Shown here: piece after piece, positions 1 through 11,804 of the stretch
Position numbering within the stretch: position 1 is the stretch's first letter
Layout of the letters: every line of letters starts with the position of its first letter
Origin: Nemertoderma westbladi
Lineage: Eukaryota > Animalia > Xenacoelomorpha
NCBI GenBank assembly: GCA_032718475.1
Contig: JAUCBJ010006659.1
Span: forward strand, 1 to 64,000
Direction of reading: 5' to 3'
Length of the DNA stretch: 64,000 nucleotides
Position numbers and translations under genes: made by a program
The notes under the pieces: model-generated
The model's input: only the letters and a program-made list of their open reading frames with translations
Database searches by the model: none
Told to the model about the DNA's origin: nothing

Positions 1-61
1 ATTATACTGTTGTAGTTCACTGAATTATTATGCTTAATCAATAATAATGATATATTTGCAG

Positions 62-97
62 GCAGTAACGATGGTGAATGCATGTGTCCATGCGAAT
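62..97 (+). CDS. Host-gene micro-exon 1 (36 nt, phase 1-1; xSNDGECMCPCE)
   Basis: TTTGCAG acceptor at 55-61 and GTAAGT donor at 98; length is a multiple of 3; splices in frame to the exon at 2621. Confidence 0.6.
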
Positions 98-242
98 GTA
101 AGTATTCATGTTTTACCATTGTTACTTTTAAGTTGTAGTCCTGTAGAACAGGAGTAATGTTAACGGTAATGGGCCATTTGGGTGGGGATTATTATGAAAA
201 TAAGGGGAACAGGTAAAATCTTAAGCTAATTACTATAGCTAT

Positions 243-268
243 GGGGGGGGGGGGGGGGGGGGGGGGGG
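243..268. repeat. Poly-G tract
   Basis: About 26 consecutive G. Confidence 0.9.
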
Positions 269-364
269 TGTGGGTATGGACTGTACAGGTTTATATTATA
301 ATAATATGAGGTGGAGAAATATTAATGTGATCGTTACACACAATAGATAGTGGCAGACAGGATT

Positions 365-852
<488 letters not shown>

Positions 853-1189
853 GAGAGCTCAGAGTAGTGGTAACAGCTAGGCTAGGGCTATACTGTATAG
901 AGAGAGATAGAAGCAGTCATATAACTATGAAAGTAAAAGTATCATAAATAATTTCACGATAATTGCTTACACTGCGCCCGTACACCGTGTTGAGGGTATG
1001 AACTGTACAATAACACTACCATACTTACTAGATTTACTACTACAATTATTTCTAAAATTTACTAGATTTGGGCGAAACCTCAATCATCACACTTAAACAA
1101 ACCATTAAACCTATTGAATTCGAGAACCGATTGATAATAAATTTTGGAAGGTTTTATTTCAATATTAATTGATTAATAATTTAATATTT

Positions 1190-2582
1190 GTGAGGTTTGA
1201 TCAAGAAATCGACCTACCGTTGCAAAATATTATTTCACAGAATTAGAGGTTGAAGTCAAAATAGTTCATTTGGTTTTAAAATATCGCATTTTATTTTTTT
1301 ACTTTTTCTAGATCGAGAATTTTTTGCTAATTCTGAAACTGTAAACGAAATTTTCATATCTATTTTAGTTTTGGAGTTATTTGTTTTTTCTGTAGTCCTC
1401 ACTCATTTTGAAATTATTATAACTTTAAGTGACCAATTTTTTGTAAGATTCAGTAACAGTATTACTTTTTACAAAATACTGTAATTGTATTTGTCCTACA
1501 GGATAATTTTTGCTATGAGTTTTCCTGTTCAGTGATTTCATTTCAATTGTTACTTTCCACGGCTGACGGATTATAGACTGTCGATCAGTCTGTTTGTCTG
1601 TCTGTCTGTGTGTCGATTTGTCTGTCAGAAATTAGGGAATCATGATATCTAACAAAATGTTTTGCTTCGGGGGTTTTCTTGGAAGGCTAATTCCATTTCC
1701 AATGTCGATTTATGGGTTTGACGCGATCCTGACTGTCTGAATGTCGTGTTAGTCAGTCTGTCTGTCTGTCTGTGTGTCGGTCGGTTTGTCTGTCAAAAAT
1801 TAGGGAAACATGATATCTACAAAATGTTTTGCTTTTGGGTGAAATGAAATCACCGACCAAGGAAACCCCATAATTGTTTGTTAATTTGAGATATTTCTCA
1901 ATTTTGACAGACAAGCAGACAGACAGACCGACAGACAGACAGACGTACAAACATTAAATAATCAATCAAACGTAAAAATAGATATCGGAAATGAAATCAC
2001 CGACCAAGAAAACCCCATAAATAAATTTGTTTGTTAATTTGATTTAGTTCTCAATTTTGACAGACAAACAGACAGACATACAGACGGAACGTCTAGATTC
2101 CGTCAAGCTGGAAAAGTGGAATTTTAACTGTATTTACCACCCAGTGACATTTCAAATGTTATCACCACCCAGAAAAACCCTATAAGACAAATTTTGAGTA
2201 GTTTGTGCGCTTCTTAAATTTTAACAGACAGACAGACATACCAAAAACAGACAGACTGACTGACATGCAGACAGTCGTCTAGAATCCGTAAATAGTGAAA
2301 ACCGACATCGTATTTGAAATCATCGGCAAATAGAAACCCAATAGCAAAAAAATGTAGGTGGTGGTGCTTTATTTTTCTTTATTTTTGTCTTACTTTTCTC
2401 AAAACATTGTTAATATTTGGTCATAAGACTACTAATTTTCAAAACTCAATATCTCGACAACACTTTATCGGATTTTAAATCTGTTTTCAGTGTTCGATTC
2501 AGCATAAAAATGTATTTGAATCAATAAAAAAACACAAAATTATTTTTTGTAACCGTAGGTCGGTTTCTTGATCAAACCTCAC
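1190..2582. mobile_element. Non-autonomous TIR DNA transposon (Sola1-like MITE)
   Basis: ~38-bp imperfect TIRs GTGAGGTTTGATCAAGAAA(T/C)CGACCTAC... at 1190 and ending at 2582; 4-bp TSD ATTT (1186-1189, 2583-2586) fits the AWWT TSD of Sola1; internal inverted (GTCT)n/(AGAC)n blocks; no transposase. Confidence 0.75.
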
Positions 2583-2620
2583 ATTTTGATGATTTTGGCT
2601 GAATATTTTGTTACTTTTAG

Positions 2621-2671
2621 GTCCAACCACTACAACAACGATACCAGAACCCACAACCACCAAAGGTGAAT
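2621..2671 (+). CDS. Host-gene micro-exon 2 (51 nt, phase 1-1; CPTTTTTIPEPTTTKGE)
   Basis: TTACTTTTAG acceptor, GTAAGT donor at 2672, alternative in-frame GTGAAT donor at 2666; mucin-like Thr/Pro content. Confidence 0.65.
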
Positions 2672-2794
2672 GTAAGTTATTCTACCAATGTAACAAATCC
2701 ACTTTGATTTGTTGTGTACAAATTACCTAAGTAATTTGTAGCGTTCGTTCATTATGTAGCGTACGCAACAGTCCTTATTTGTACTGTAGGTAGG

Positions 2795-2904
2795 CCTACC
2801 AGTCTACCTACCAGTCTACCTACCAGTCTACCTACCAGTCTACCTACCAGTCTACCTACCAGTCTACCTACCAGTCTACATACCAGTCTACCTACCAGTC
2901 TACC
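2795..2904. repeat. 12-bp tandem repeat (CCTACCAGTCTA)n
   Basis: About 9 near-perfect copies. Confidence 0.95.
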
Positions 2905-3183
2905 TTCGATTAATACTGTATACTGCATGGCAGCCTTCCGATGTTGTGTTGTCTAATGTGTACGGCTGAAATGAAATGAGCATGAATTCTTGTCTTTGGT
3001 GGTGGGATAGTGTTCTGGTCCAAGTTTGAAAGTTTTGAGACATAAATTTTATTATATGTATTATATTTGTTAAAACTACACCCCGCTTGGGGGTGTAGTT
3101 TAAAAAAATATATATTTGTTAAAACATATATAATATGTTAGTAATTATTTTGTAAAGTAAATAAAGCGCCACGTCAAGAAACC

Positions 3184-6100
3184 AGCATGCCCATTGCTAC
3201 TCGTTTCTACTTGTAGGCCGGCCGGCATACCGACTCCACAATGTAGAACGTAACATGCCCAGCCCATTGCTACTCGCTTCTGCTTGTAGGCCGGCTGGCA
3301 TACCGACTCCACAATGTGGGACGTAGCATGCCCATTGCTATTCGTTTCTGCTTGTAGGCCGGCCGGCATACCGACTCCACAATATGGGACGTAGCATGCC
3401 CATTGCTACTCGCTTCTGCTTGTAGGCCGGCCGGCATACCGACTCCACAATGTAGAACGTAACATGCCCAGCCCATTGCTACTCGCTTCTGCTTGTAGGC
3501 CGGCTGGCATACCGACTCCACAATGTGGGACGTAGCATGCCCATTGCTATTCGTTTCTGCTTGTAGGCCGGCCTGCATACCGACTCCACAATGTAGAACG
3601 TAACATGCCCAGCCCATTGCTACTCGCTTCTGCTTGTAGGCCGGCCTGCATACAGACTCCACAATGTAGAACGTAACATGCCCAGCCCATTGCTACTCGC
3701 TTCTGCTTGTAGGCCGGCCTGCATACAGACTCCACAATGTGGAACGTAGCGTGCCCATTGCTATTCGTTTTTGCTTGTAGGCCGGCATACCGACTCCACA
3801 ATGTGGGACGTAGCATGCCCATTGCTACTCGTTTCTGCCTGTAGGCCGGCCGGCATACCGACTCCACAATGTGGAACATAACATGCCCATTGCTACTCGT
3901 TTCTGCTTGTAGGCCGGCCGGCATACCGACTCCACAATGTGGGACGTAACATGCCCATTGCTACTCGTTTCTGCCTGTAGGCCGGCCGGCATACCGACTC
4001 CACATTGTTGGACTTGCATGCCCATTGCTACTCATTTCTGCTTGTAGGCCGGCCGGCATACCGACTCCACAATGTGGGATGTAGCATGCCCATTGCTATT
4101 CGTTTCTGCTTGTAGGCCGGCCGGCATACCGACTCCACAATGTGGAACATAACATGCCCATTGCTACTCGTTTCTGCTTGTAGGCCGGCCGGCATACCGA
4201 CTCCACAATGTGGGACATAGCATGCCCATTGCTACTCGTTTCTGCCTGTAGGCCGGCCGGCATACCGACTCCACAATGCGGGACGTAGCGTGCCCATTGC
4301 TATTCGTTTTTGCTTGTAGGCCGGCATACCGACTCCACAATGTGGGACGTAGCATGCCCATTGCTACTCGTTTCTGCCTGTAGGCCGGCCGGCATACCGA
4401 CTCCACAATGTGGGACGTAGCGTGCCCATTGCTATTCGTTTTTGCTTGTAGGCCGGCATACCGACTCCACAATGTGGGACGTAGCATGCCCATTGCTACT
4501 CGTTTCTGCCTGTAGGCCGGCCGGCATACCGACTCCACAATGTGGGACGTAACATGCCCATTGCTACTCGTTTCTGCCTGTAGGCCGGCCGGCATACCGA
4601 CTCCACATTGTTGGACTTGCATGCCCATTGCTACTCATTTCTGCTTGTAGGCCGGCCGGCATACCGACTCCACAATGTGGGATGTAGCATGCCCATTGCT
4701 ACTCGTTTCTGCTTGTAGGCTGGCATACCGACTCCACAATGTGGGACGTAGCATGCCCATTGCTATTCGTTTCTGCTTGTAGGCTGGCATACCGACTCCA
4801 CAATGTGGGACGTAGCATGCCCATTGCTACTCGTTTCTGCTTGTAGGCTGGCATACCGACTCCACAATGTGGGACGTAGCATGCCCATTGCTATTCGTTT
4901 CTGCTTGTAGGCCGGCCTGCATACCGACTCCACAATGTGGGACATAGCATACCCATTGCTACTCGTTTCTGCTTGTAGGCTGGCATACCGACTCCACAAT
5001 GGGGACGTAACATGCCCATTGCTATTCGTTTCTGCTTGTAGGCCGGCCTGCATACCGACTCCACAATGTGGGACATAGCATGCCCATTGCTACTCGTTTC
5101 TGCTTGTAGGCCGGCCGGCATACCGACTCCACAACGTGGGACGTAGCATGCCCATTGCTACTCCTTTCTGCTTGTAGGCCTGCACACCGACTCCACAATG
5201 TGGGACATAGCATGCCCATTGCTACTCGTTTCTGCTTGTAGGCCGGCCTGCATACCGACTCAACAATGTGGGACGTAGCATGCCCATAGCTACTCGTTTC
5301 TGCTTGTAGGCCGTCCGGCATACTGACTCCACAATGTGGGACATAGCATGCCCATTGCTACTCGTTTCTGCTTGTAGGCCGGCCGGCATACCGACTCCAC
5401 AATGTGGGACGTAGCATGCCCATTGCTACTCGTTTCTGCTTGTAGGCCGGCATACCGACTCCACAATGTGGGACGTAGCATGCCCATTGCTACTCGCTTC
5501 TGCTTGTAGGCCGGCCGGCATACCGACTCCACAATGTAGAACGTAACATGCCCAGCCCATTGCTACTCGCTTCTGCTTGTAGGCCGGCTGGCATACCGAC
5601 TCCACAATGTGGGACGTAGCATGCCCATTGCTATTCGTTTCTGCTTGTAGGCCGGCCTGCATACCGACTCCACAATGTAGAACGTAACATGCCCAGCCCA
5701 TTGCTACTCGCTTCTGCTTGTAGGCCGGCCTGCATACAGACTCCACAATGTAGAACGTAACATGCCCAGCCCATTGCTACTCGCTTCTGCTTGTAGGCCG
5801 GCCTGCATACAGACTCCACAATGTGGAACGTAGCGTGCCCATTGCTATTCGTTTTTGCTTGTAGGCCGGCATACCGACTCCACAATGTGGGACGTAGCAT
5901 GCCCATTGCTACTCGTTTCTGCCTGTAGGCCGGCCGGCATACCGACTCCACAATGTGGAACATAACATGCCCATTGCTACTCGTTTCTGCTTGTAGGCCG
6001 GCCGGCATACCGACTCCACAATGTGGGACGTAACATGCCCATTGCTACTCGTTTCTGCCTGTAGGCCGGCCGGCATACCGACTCCACATTGTTGGACTTG

Positions 6101-8572
6101 CATGCCCATTGCTACTCATTTCTGCTTGTAGGCCGGCCGGCATACCGACTCCACAATGTGGGATGTAGCATGCCCATTGCTATTCGTTTCTGCTTGTAGG
6201 CCGGCCGGCATACCGACTCCACAATGTGGAACATAACATGCCCATTGCTACTCGTTTCTGCTTGTAGGCCGGCCGGCATACCGACTCCACAATGTGGGAC
6301 ATAGCATGCCCATTGCTACTCGTTTCTGCCTGTAGGCCGGCCGGCATACCGACTCCACAATGCGGGACGTAGCGTGCCCATTGCTATTCGTTTTTGCTTG
6401 TAGGCCGGCATACCGACTCCACAATGTGGGACGTAGCATGCCCATTGCTACTCGTTTCTGCCTGTAGGCCGGCCGGCATACCGACTCCACAATGTGGGAC
6501 GTAGCGTGCCCATTGCTATTCGTTTTTGCTTGTAGGCCGGCATACCGACTCCACAATGTGGGACGTAGCATGCCCATTGCTACTCGTTTCTGCCTGTAGG
6601 CCGGCCGGCATACCGACTCCACAATGTGGGACGTAACATGCCCATTGCTACTCGTTTCTGCCTGTAGGCCGGCCGGCATACCGACTCCACATTGTTGGAC
6701 TTGCATGCCCATTGCTACTCATTTCTGCTTGTAGGCCGGCCGGCATACCGACTCCACAATGTGGGATGTAGCATGCCCATTGCTACTCGTTTCTGCTTGT
6801 AGGCTGGCATACCGACTCCACAATGTGGGACGTAGCATGCCCATTGCTATTCGTTTCTGCTTGTAGGCTGGCATACCGACTCCACAATGTGGGACGTAGC
6901 ATGCCCATTGCTACTCGTTTCTGCTTGTAGGCTGGCATACCGACTCCACAATGTGGGACGTAGCATGCCCATTGCTATTCGTTTCTGCTTGTAGGCCGGC
7001 CTGCATACCGACTCCACAATGTGGGACATAGCATACCCATTGCTACTCGTTTCTGCTTGTAGGCTGGCATACCGACTCCACAATGGGGACGTAACATGCC
7101 CATTGCTATTCGTTTCTGCTTGTAGGCCGGCCTGCATACCGACTCCACAATGTGGGACATAGCATGCCCATTGCTACTCGTTTCTGCTTGTAGGCCGGCC
7201 GGCATACCGACTCCACAACGTGGGACGTAGCATGCCCATTGCTACTCCTTTCTGCTTGTAGGCCTGCATACCGACTCCACAATGTGGGACATAGCATGCC
7301 CATTGCTACTCGTTTCTGCTTGTAGGCCGGCCTGCATACCGACTCAACAATGTGGGACGTAGCATGCCCATAGCTACTCGTTTCTGCTTGTAGGCCGTCC
7401 GGCATACTGACTCCACAATGTGGGACATAGCATGCCCATTGCTACTCGTTTCTGCTTGTAGGCCGGCCTGCATACCGACTCAACAATGTGGGACGTAGCA
7501 TGCCCATAGCTACTCGTTTCTGCTTGTAGGCCGTCCGGCATACTGACTCCACAATGTGGGACGTAGCATGCCCATTGCTACTCGTTTCTGCTTGTAGGCC
7601 GGCCGGCATACCGACTCCACAATGTGGAACATAACATGCCCATTGCTACTCGTTTCTGCTTGTAGGCCGGCCTGCATACCGACTCAACAATGTGGGACGT
7701 AGCATGCCCATAGCTACTCGTTTCTGCTTGTAGGCCGTCCGGCATACTGACTCCACAAAGTGGGACATAGCATGCCCAGCCCATTGCTACTCGTTTCTGC
7801 TTGTAGGCCGGCATACCGACTCCACAATGTGGGACGTAGCATGCCCATTGCTACTCGTTTCTGCCTGTAGGCCGGCCGGCATACCGACTCCACAATGTGG
7901 AACATAACATGCCCATTGCTACTCGTTTCTGCCTGTAGGCCGGCCGGCATACCGACTCCACAATGTGGGACGTAGCATGCCCATTGCTATTCGTTTCTGC
8001 TTGTAGGCCGGCCGGCATACCGACTCCACAATGTGGGACGTAACATGCCCATTGCTACTAGTTTCTGCCTGTAGGCCGGCCGGCATACCGACTCCACATT
8101 GTTGGACTTGCATGCCCATTGCTACTCATTTCTGCTTGTAGGCCGGCCGGCATACCGACTCAACAATGTGGGACGTAGCATGCCCATAGCTACTCGTTTC
8201 TGCTTGTAGGCCGTCCGGCATACCGACTCCACAATGTGGGACGTAGCATGCCCATTGCTACTCGTTTCTGCTTGTAGGCCGGCCTGCATACCGACTCAAC
8301 AATGTGGGACGTAGCATGCCCATTGCTACTCGTTTCTGCTTGTAGGCCGGCATACCGACTCCACAATGTGGGACGTAGCATGCCCATTGCTTCTCGTTTC
8401 TGCTTGTAGGTCGGCCGTCATACCGACTCCATGATGTGGGATGTAGCATGCCCATAGCTACTCGTTTTTGCTTGTAGGCCGTCCGGCATACCGACTCCAC
8501 AATGTGGGACGTAGCATGCCCATTGCTACTCGTTTCTGCTTGTAGGGCGGCATACCGACTCCACAATGTGGG
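3184..8572. repeat. 68-bp (64-73 bp) satellite array, ~80 copies, with a 2084-bp higher-order duplication
   Basis: Monomer CCCATTGCTACTCGTTTCTGCTTGTAGGCCGGCCGGCATACCGACTCCACAATGTGGGACGTAGCATG; identical variant runs recur 2084 bp apart (e.g. ORFs 3547/5631, 4164/6248, 4763/6847). Confidence 0.97.
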
Positions 8573-8679
8573 CCGTGAGTAGTGACTAGAAGCAGAATAT
8601 GCCTCAACTTATTTAATACGTTTTATTGTTCCAAACATTTCTTCTCATGTTTTTTCTAGCCTTTTGGTTTATTTTGCAG

Positions 8680-8703
8680 GCGAAGACACGCCGACATCTA
8701 CCC
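8680..8703 (+). CDS. Host-gene micro-exon 3 (24 nt, phase 1-1; CEDTPTST)
   Basis: Long polypyrimidine tract plus TTTGCAG acceptor; GTAAGT donor at 8704; in frame with exon 2. Confidence 0.6.
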
Positions 8704-9018
8704 GTAAGTGTAAAACAAATTAGTTCTATATTATTAAATATCCCAAAATTACTGTTCACGTAAGGACTGTCATTCTTTTTATTTATTTGTATCGAATTAA
8801 TTTCGCACTGCCAAATCGTCATATTTTCCAACTTTACATCGCAGTGCGACATTATTTCTCAAATGTCCCTACGCCATAGAGTTTACTATGTATTTCTAGT
8901 ATATCCAGTATGTCACCGCGTCATTATTAGGTTGTTCTAGGAAATTTAAGTGCAATACTACTACACAAATAAATAAAATAAGTTTCGCCATTGTTCATAA
9001 TTAGCACATTACTTTTAC

Positions 9019-9700
9019 GGTAGCTAGTTTTTTTTTGGTAGCGAGTTTTTTTTTGTAGCTAGTGTTTTTTTGGTAGCTAGTGTTTTTTTGGTAGCTAGTG
9101 TTTTTTTGGTAGCTAGTGTTTTTTTGGTAGCTAGTGTTTTTTTGGTAGCTAGTGTTTTTTTGGTAGCTAGTGTTTTTTTGGTAGCTAGTGTTTTTTTGGT
9201 AGCTAGTGTTTTTTTGGTAGCTAGTTTTTTTGGTAGCTAGTGTTCCTTGGTAGCTAGTGTTTTTTTGGTAGCTAGTGTTTTTTTGGTAGCTAGTGTTTTT
9301 TTGGCAGCTAGTGTTTTTTGGCAGCTAGTGTTTTTTTGGTAGCTAGTGTTTTCTTGGTAGCTAGTATTTTTTTGGTAGCTAGTGTTTTTTTGGTAGCTAG
9401 TGTTTTTTTGGTAGCTAGTGTTTTCTTGGTAGCTAGTGTTTTTTTGGTAGCTAGTGTTTTTTTGGTAGCTTGTGTTTTTTTGGTAGCTTGTGTTTTTTTG
9501 GTAGCAGTGTTTTTTTGGTACATAGTGTGCTAGTGTTTCTTGGTAGCTAGTGTTTTTTTGGTAGCTAGTGTTTTTTTGGTAGCTAGTGTTTTTTTGGTAG
9601 CTAGTGTTTTTTTGGTAGCTAGTGTTTTTTTGGTAGCTAGTGTTTTTTTGGTAGCTAGTTTTTTATGGTAGCTAGTGTTTTTTTGGTTGCTAGTGTTTTT
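9019..9700. repeat. 18-bp minisatellite (GTAGCTAGTGTTTTTTTG)n
   Basis: About 38 copies; ends at the left LTR of element A. Confidence 0.95.
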
Positions 9701-10293
9701 TGTGACGGGATCAAGGGATCCCGACCGGTTGAATAGACTACGCGTCACCGTAATTGTGAAATAAAATAACAGTTTGTTGTTATCTCTCTGATACTTTGAG
9801 TGTTAATACTGAATATAGGTGAACTGAATAATAGCACAATGAAAGGTAGCGGATGTTATAGCTGTATAGGGTACCGGTATGTAGATATATTGGTCACGGT
9901 GAAGATTGTCACCGGTCTGCACTAAAAACCAATAACTGAATAACTGATTTACAGACCGGTAGCAGGATAATATATATATGTATAATTACTACACTGCTGT
10001 GGCCTCTTAACCTAGTGGATGCTTCCCTCGCCCCTATTGGCTGATAATCTACTTCACGCCTCTCCCCTCTCTGGGAGTGTTTCCCCCTGCTGTTGGCTTC
10101 TGCTGGTTGTTTCCCCTCCCGAGGTGATTTGACCTCTAACCTCCCTTTGTGTGGCTTTGGGGTTTGTATTGTCCCCGGTTATTGGTTGTGATACGAGATT
10201 GGTTATTACCAATCTCGTATCTCCAACATATTGCTGAAAAAGGTGCCACTTCCCATTTTATGAGGGTAATGAGCGGAATTGAATCCGCTCACA
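9701..10293 (-). repeat. Element A 3' LTR (593 bp)
   Basis: TGTGACGGGA...TCCGCTCACA imperfect terminal inverted repeat; matches 63761-64000; PPT adjacent. Confidence 0.88.
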
Positions 10294-10302
10294 CTCCCCC
10301 CC
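10294..10302 (-). other. Element A polypurine tract (GGGGGGGAG)
   Basis: Purine run on the minus strand immediately before the 3' LTR. Confidence 0.8.
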
Positions 10303-11804
10303 ATGCTATCTTCCCGGTGAGAAGATAGCATCACCTACGAGTGCGCTTCAATTCCGCTGGAACCCGATCTACTATCGGGTGTGGGGTGGAGTTCTTTTCT
10401 CGGAGTCGGCTTTCCAGGCTGCTCCCTCTGGGTATGATATTACTACCCCTTCTTGGTGCAACCGCAACCTATGTTGCACCAAGACATCTGACGTCTCTGT
10501 TTGAGACAATTGTGGACTCCTCACACAATTTTAAAAACTCCTCTCACTCTAAGTTCACTCTAACTCCACTTCAGCTCCACTCTAACTCCACTCCACTCTA
10601 CTCTATCTTACTCACTCCCCACACCCGAATCGCACTCCTCTCACTTTCCTTCATCCTGTCAAAAACCTCCTCTCCATTCTTCCCCCCGATTCCCATTCTC
10701 GCTTTCATCCCTTGCACACTTATTGGGCCCCACACATGTGCGCACATGTTAGTGGGAGCCGTCTAAGTCCCGTCCTGTCTCCCTAGTCAATTAATCCCCA
10801 GTATAATATATATACGGGTTGTATATAACAATTAATTATTATAATTATATATTATATATTATATTATATGCTCGTCTACATGACGCACCTTAACCCCCCC
10901 CCCCCCCCCCCCCCGCTCGGAGGTGATATGACTCGTCATTCCCGGTCTCGCCCGTTTCATTCTTTCTCCGCCTTTCTCGTTTGGCGACTTCTTCCAGTCG
11001 CTTCTCCTCAAGTCTATCTGCTTCCAACTTCTCCCACCTCTGATATGGTGTATCCACCTCCCTGTCTACTAGATGCCGGTTGTTGTAGTACACCGACTTG
11101 TCCTTCAGCCCCGGGTGGTCTACCAGACCTCCGAAGGCCACCTTGAAGGCTCTTCTGTAGTTCGGGGGTGGTCCTGATATTCTTAATTTTAATTTAGATT
11201 TTTTTTGTTTTATCTGCATTTGCCCCTATTCTGTGCTATAATTTTTGTACCTACCTCTCTACTTACTTCTTACTTACTACTTACCGCTATGGTGGGTTGT
11301 ACCCCTACTACCCTCGTGGTATGTCTCTATACCACACTCCCTATTCTGTAACTTCTAACTCTCACGGTACTATGCACCCTCTTACTCCCGTGGTATGTCT
11401 CTATACCACACTCCCTGATTTCTTACTTTCCTCTTACTCTTACTAACTTCTATTAACTTTCTAACTATTACTAACTTTCTAACTACAACTAACTTCTGCT
11501 AACTTTCTAACTACTACTAACTTTCTAACTACAACTAACTTCTGCTAACTTTCTATCTACTACTTAGTGCTACGTACTATCTACTACTATCACTTCCTGA
11601 CTTTCTTCTTTCTAACTTTTTTTCTATTATTTTATTTTATTTCATTATATTTTATTTTTATTATTTTGTGTGGGAAGGGCGTTTCGCCCTCAATCCCACC
11701 CCCCTCAGTCCAACTCTTGGATGACTAAACTCTATGGTGCCCCTTCTAGCAGGCAGCACTTTCCTACAGCCCTCCTGTCGGTCTTCCTATCCTTTGCTCC
11801 TATC

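Noticed and set aside
3145-8566. Many minus-strand ORFs, and a CRISPR-like look of the array
   Set aside because: Pure tandem satellite with no unique spacers and no cas genes; eukaryotic context; the ORFs are repeat translations.
3184-8572. Hammerhead ribozyme in the satellite monomer
   Set aside because: GAAAC is present on the minus strand but no CUGANGA core was found.
9696-9700. TSD of element A
   Set aside because: The right end of the element lies outside the window, so it cannot be confirmed.
9308-9748. ATKKTL / VFLVAS repeat ORFs
   Set aside because: Translations of the 18-bp minisatellite.
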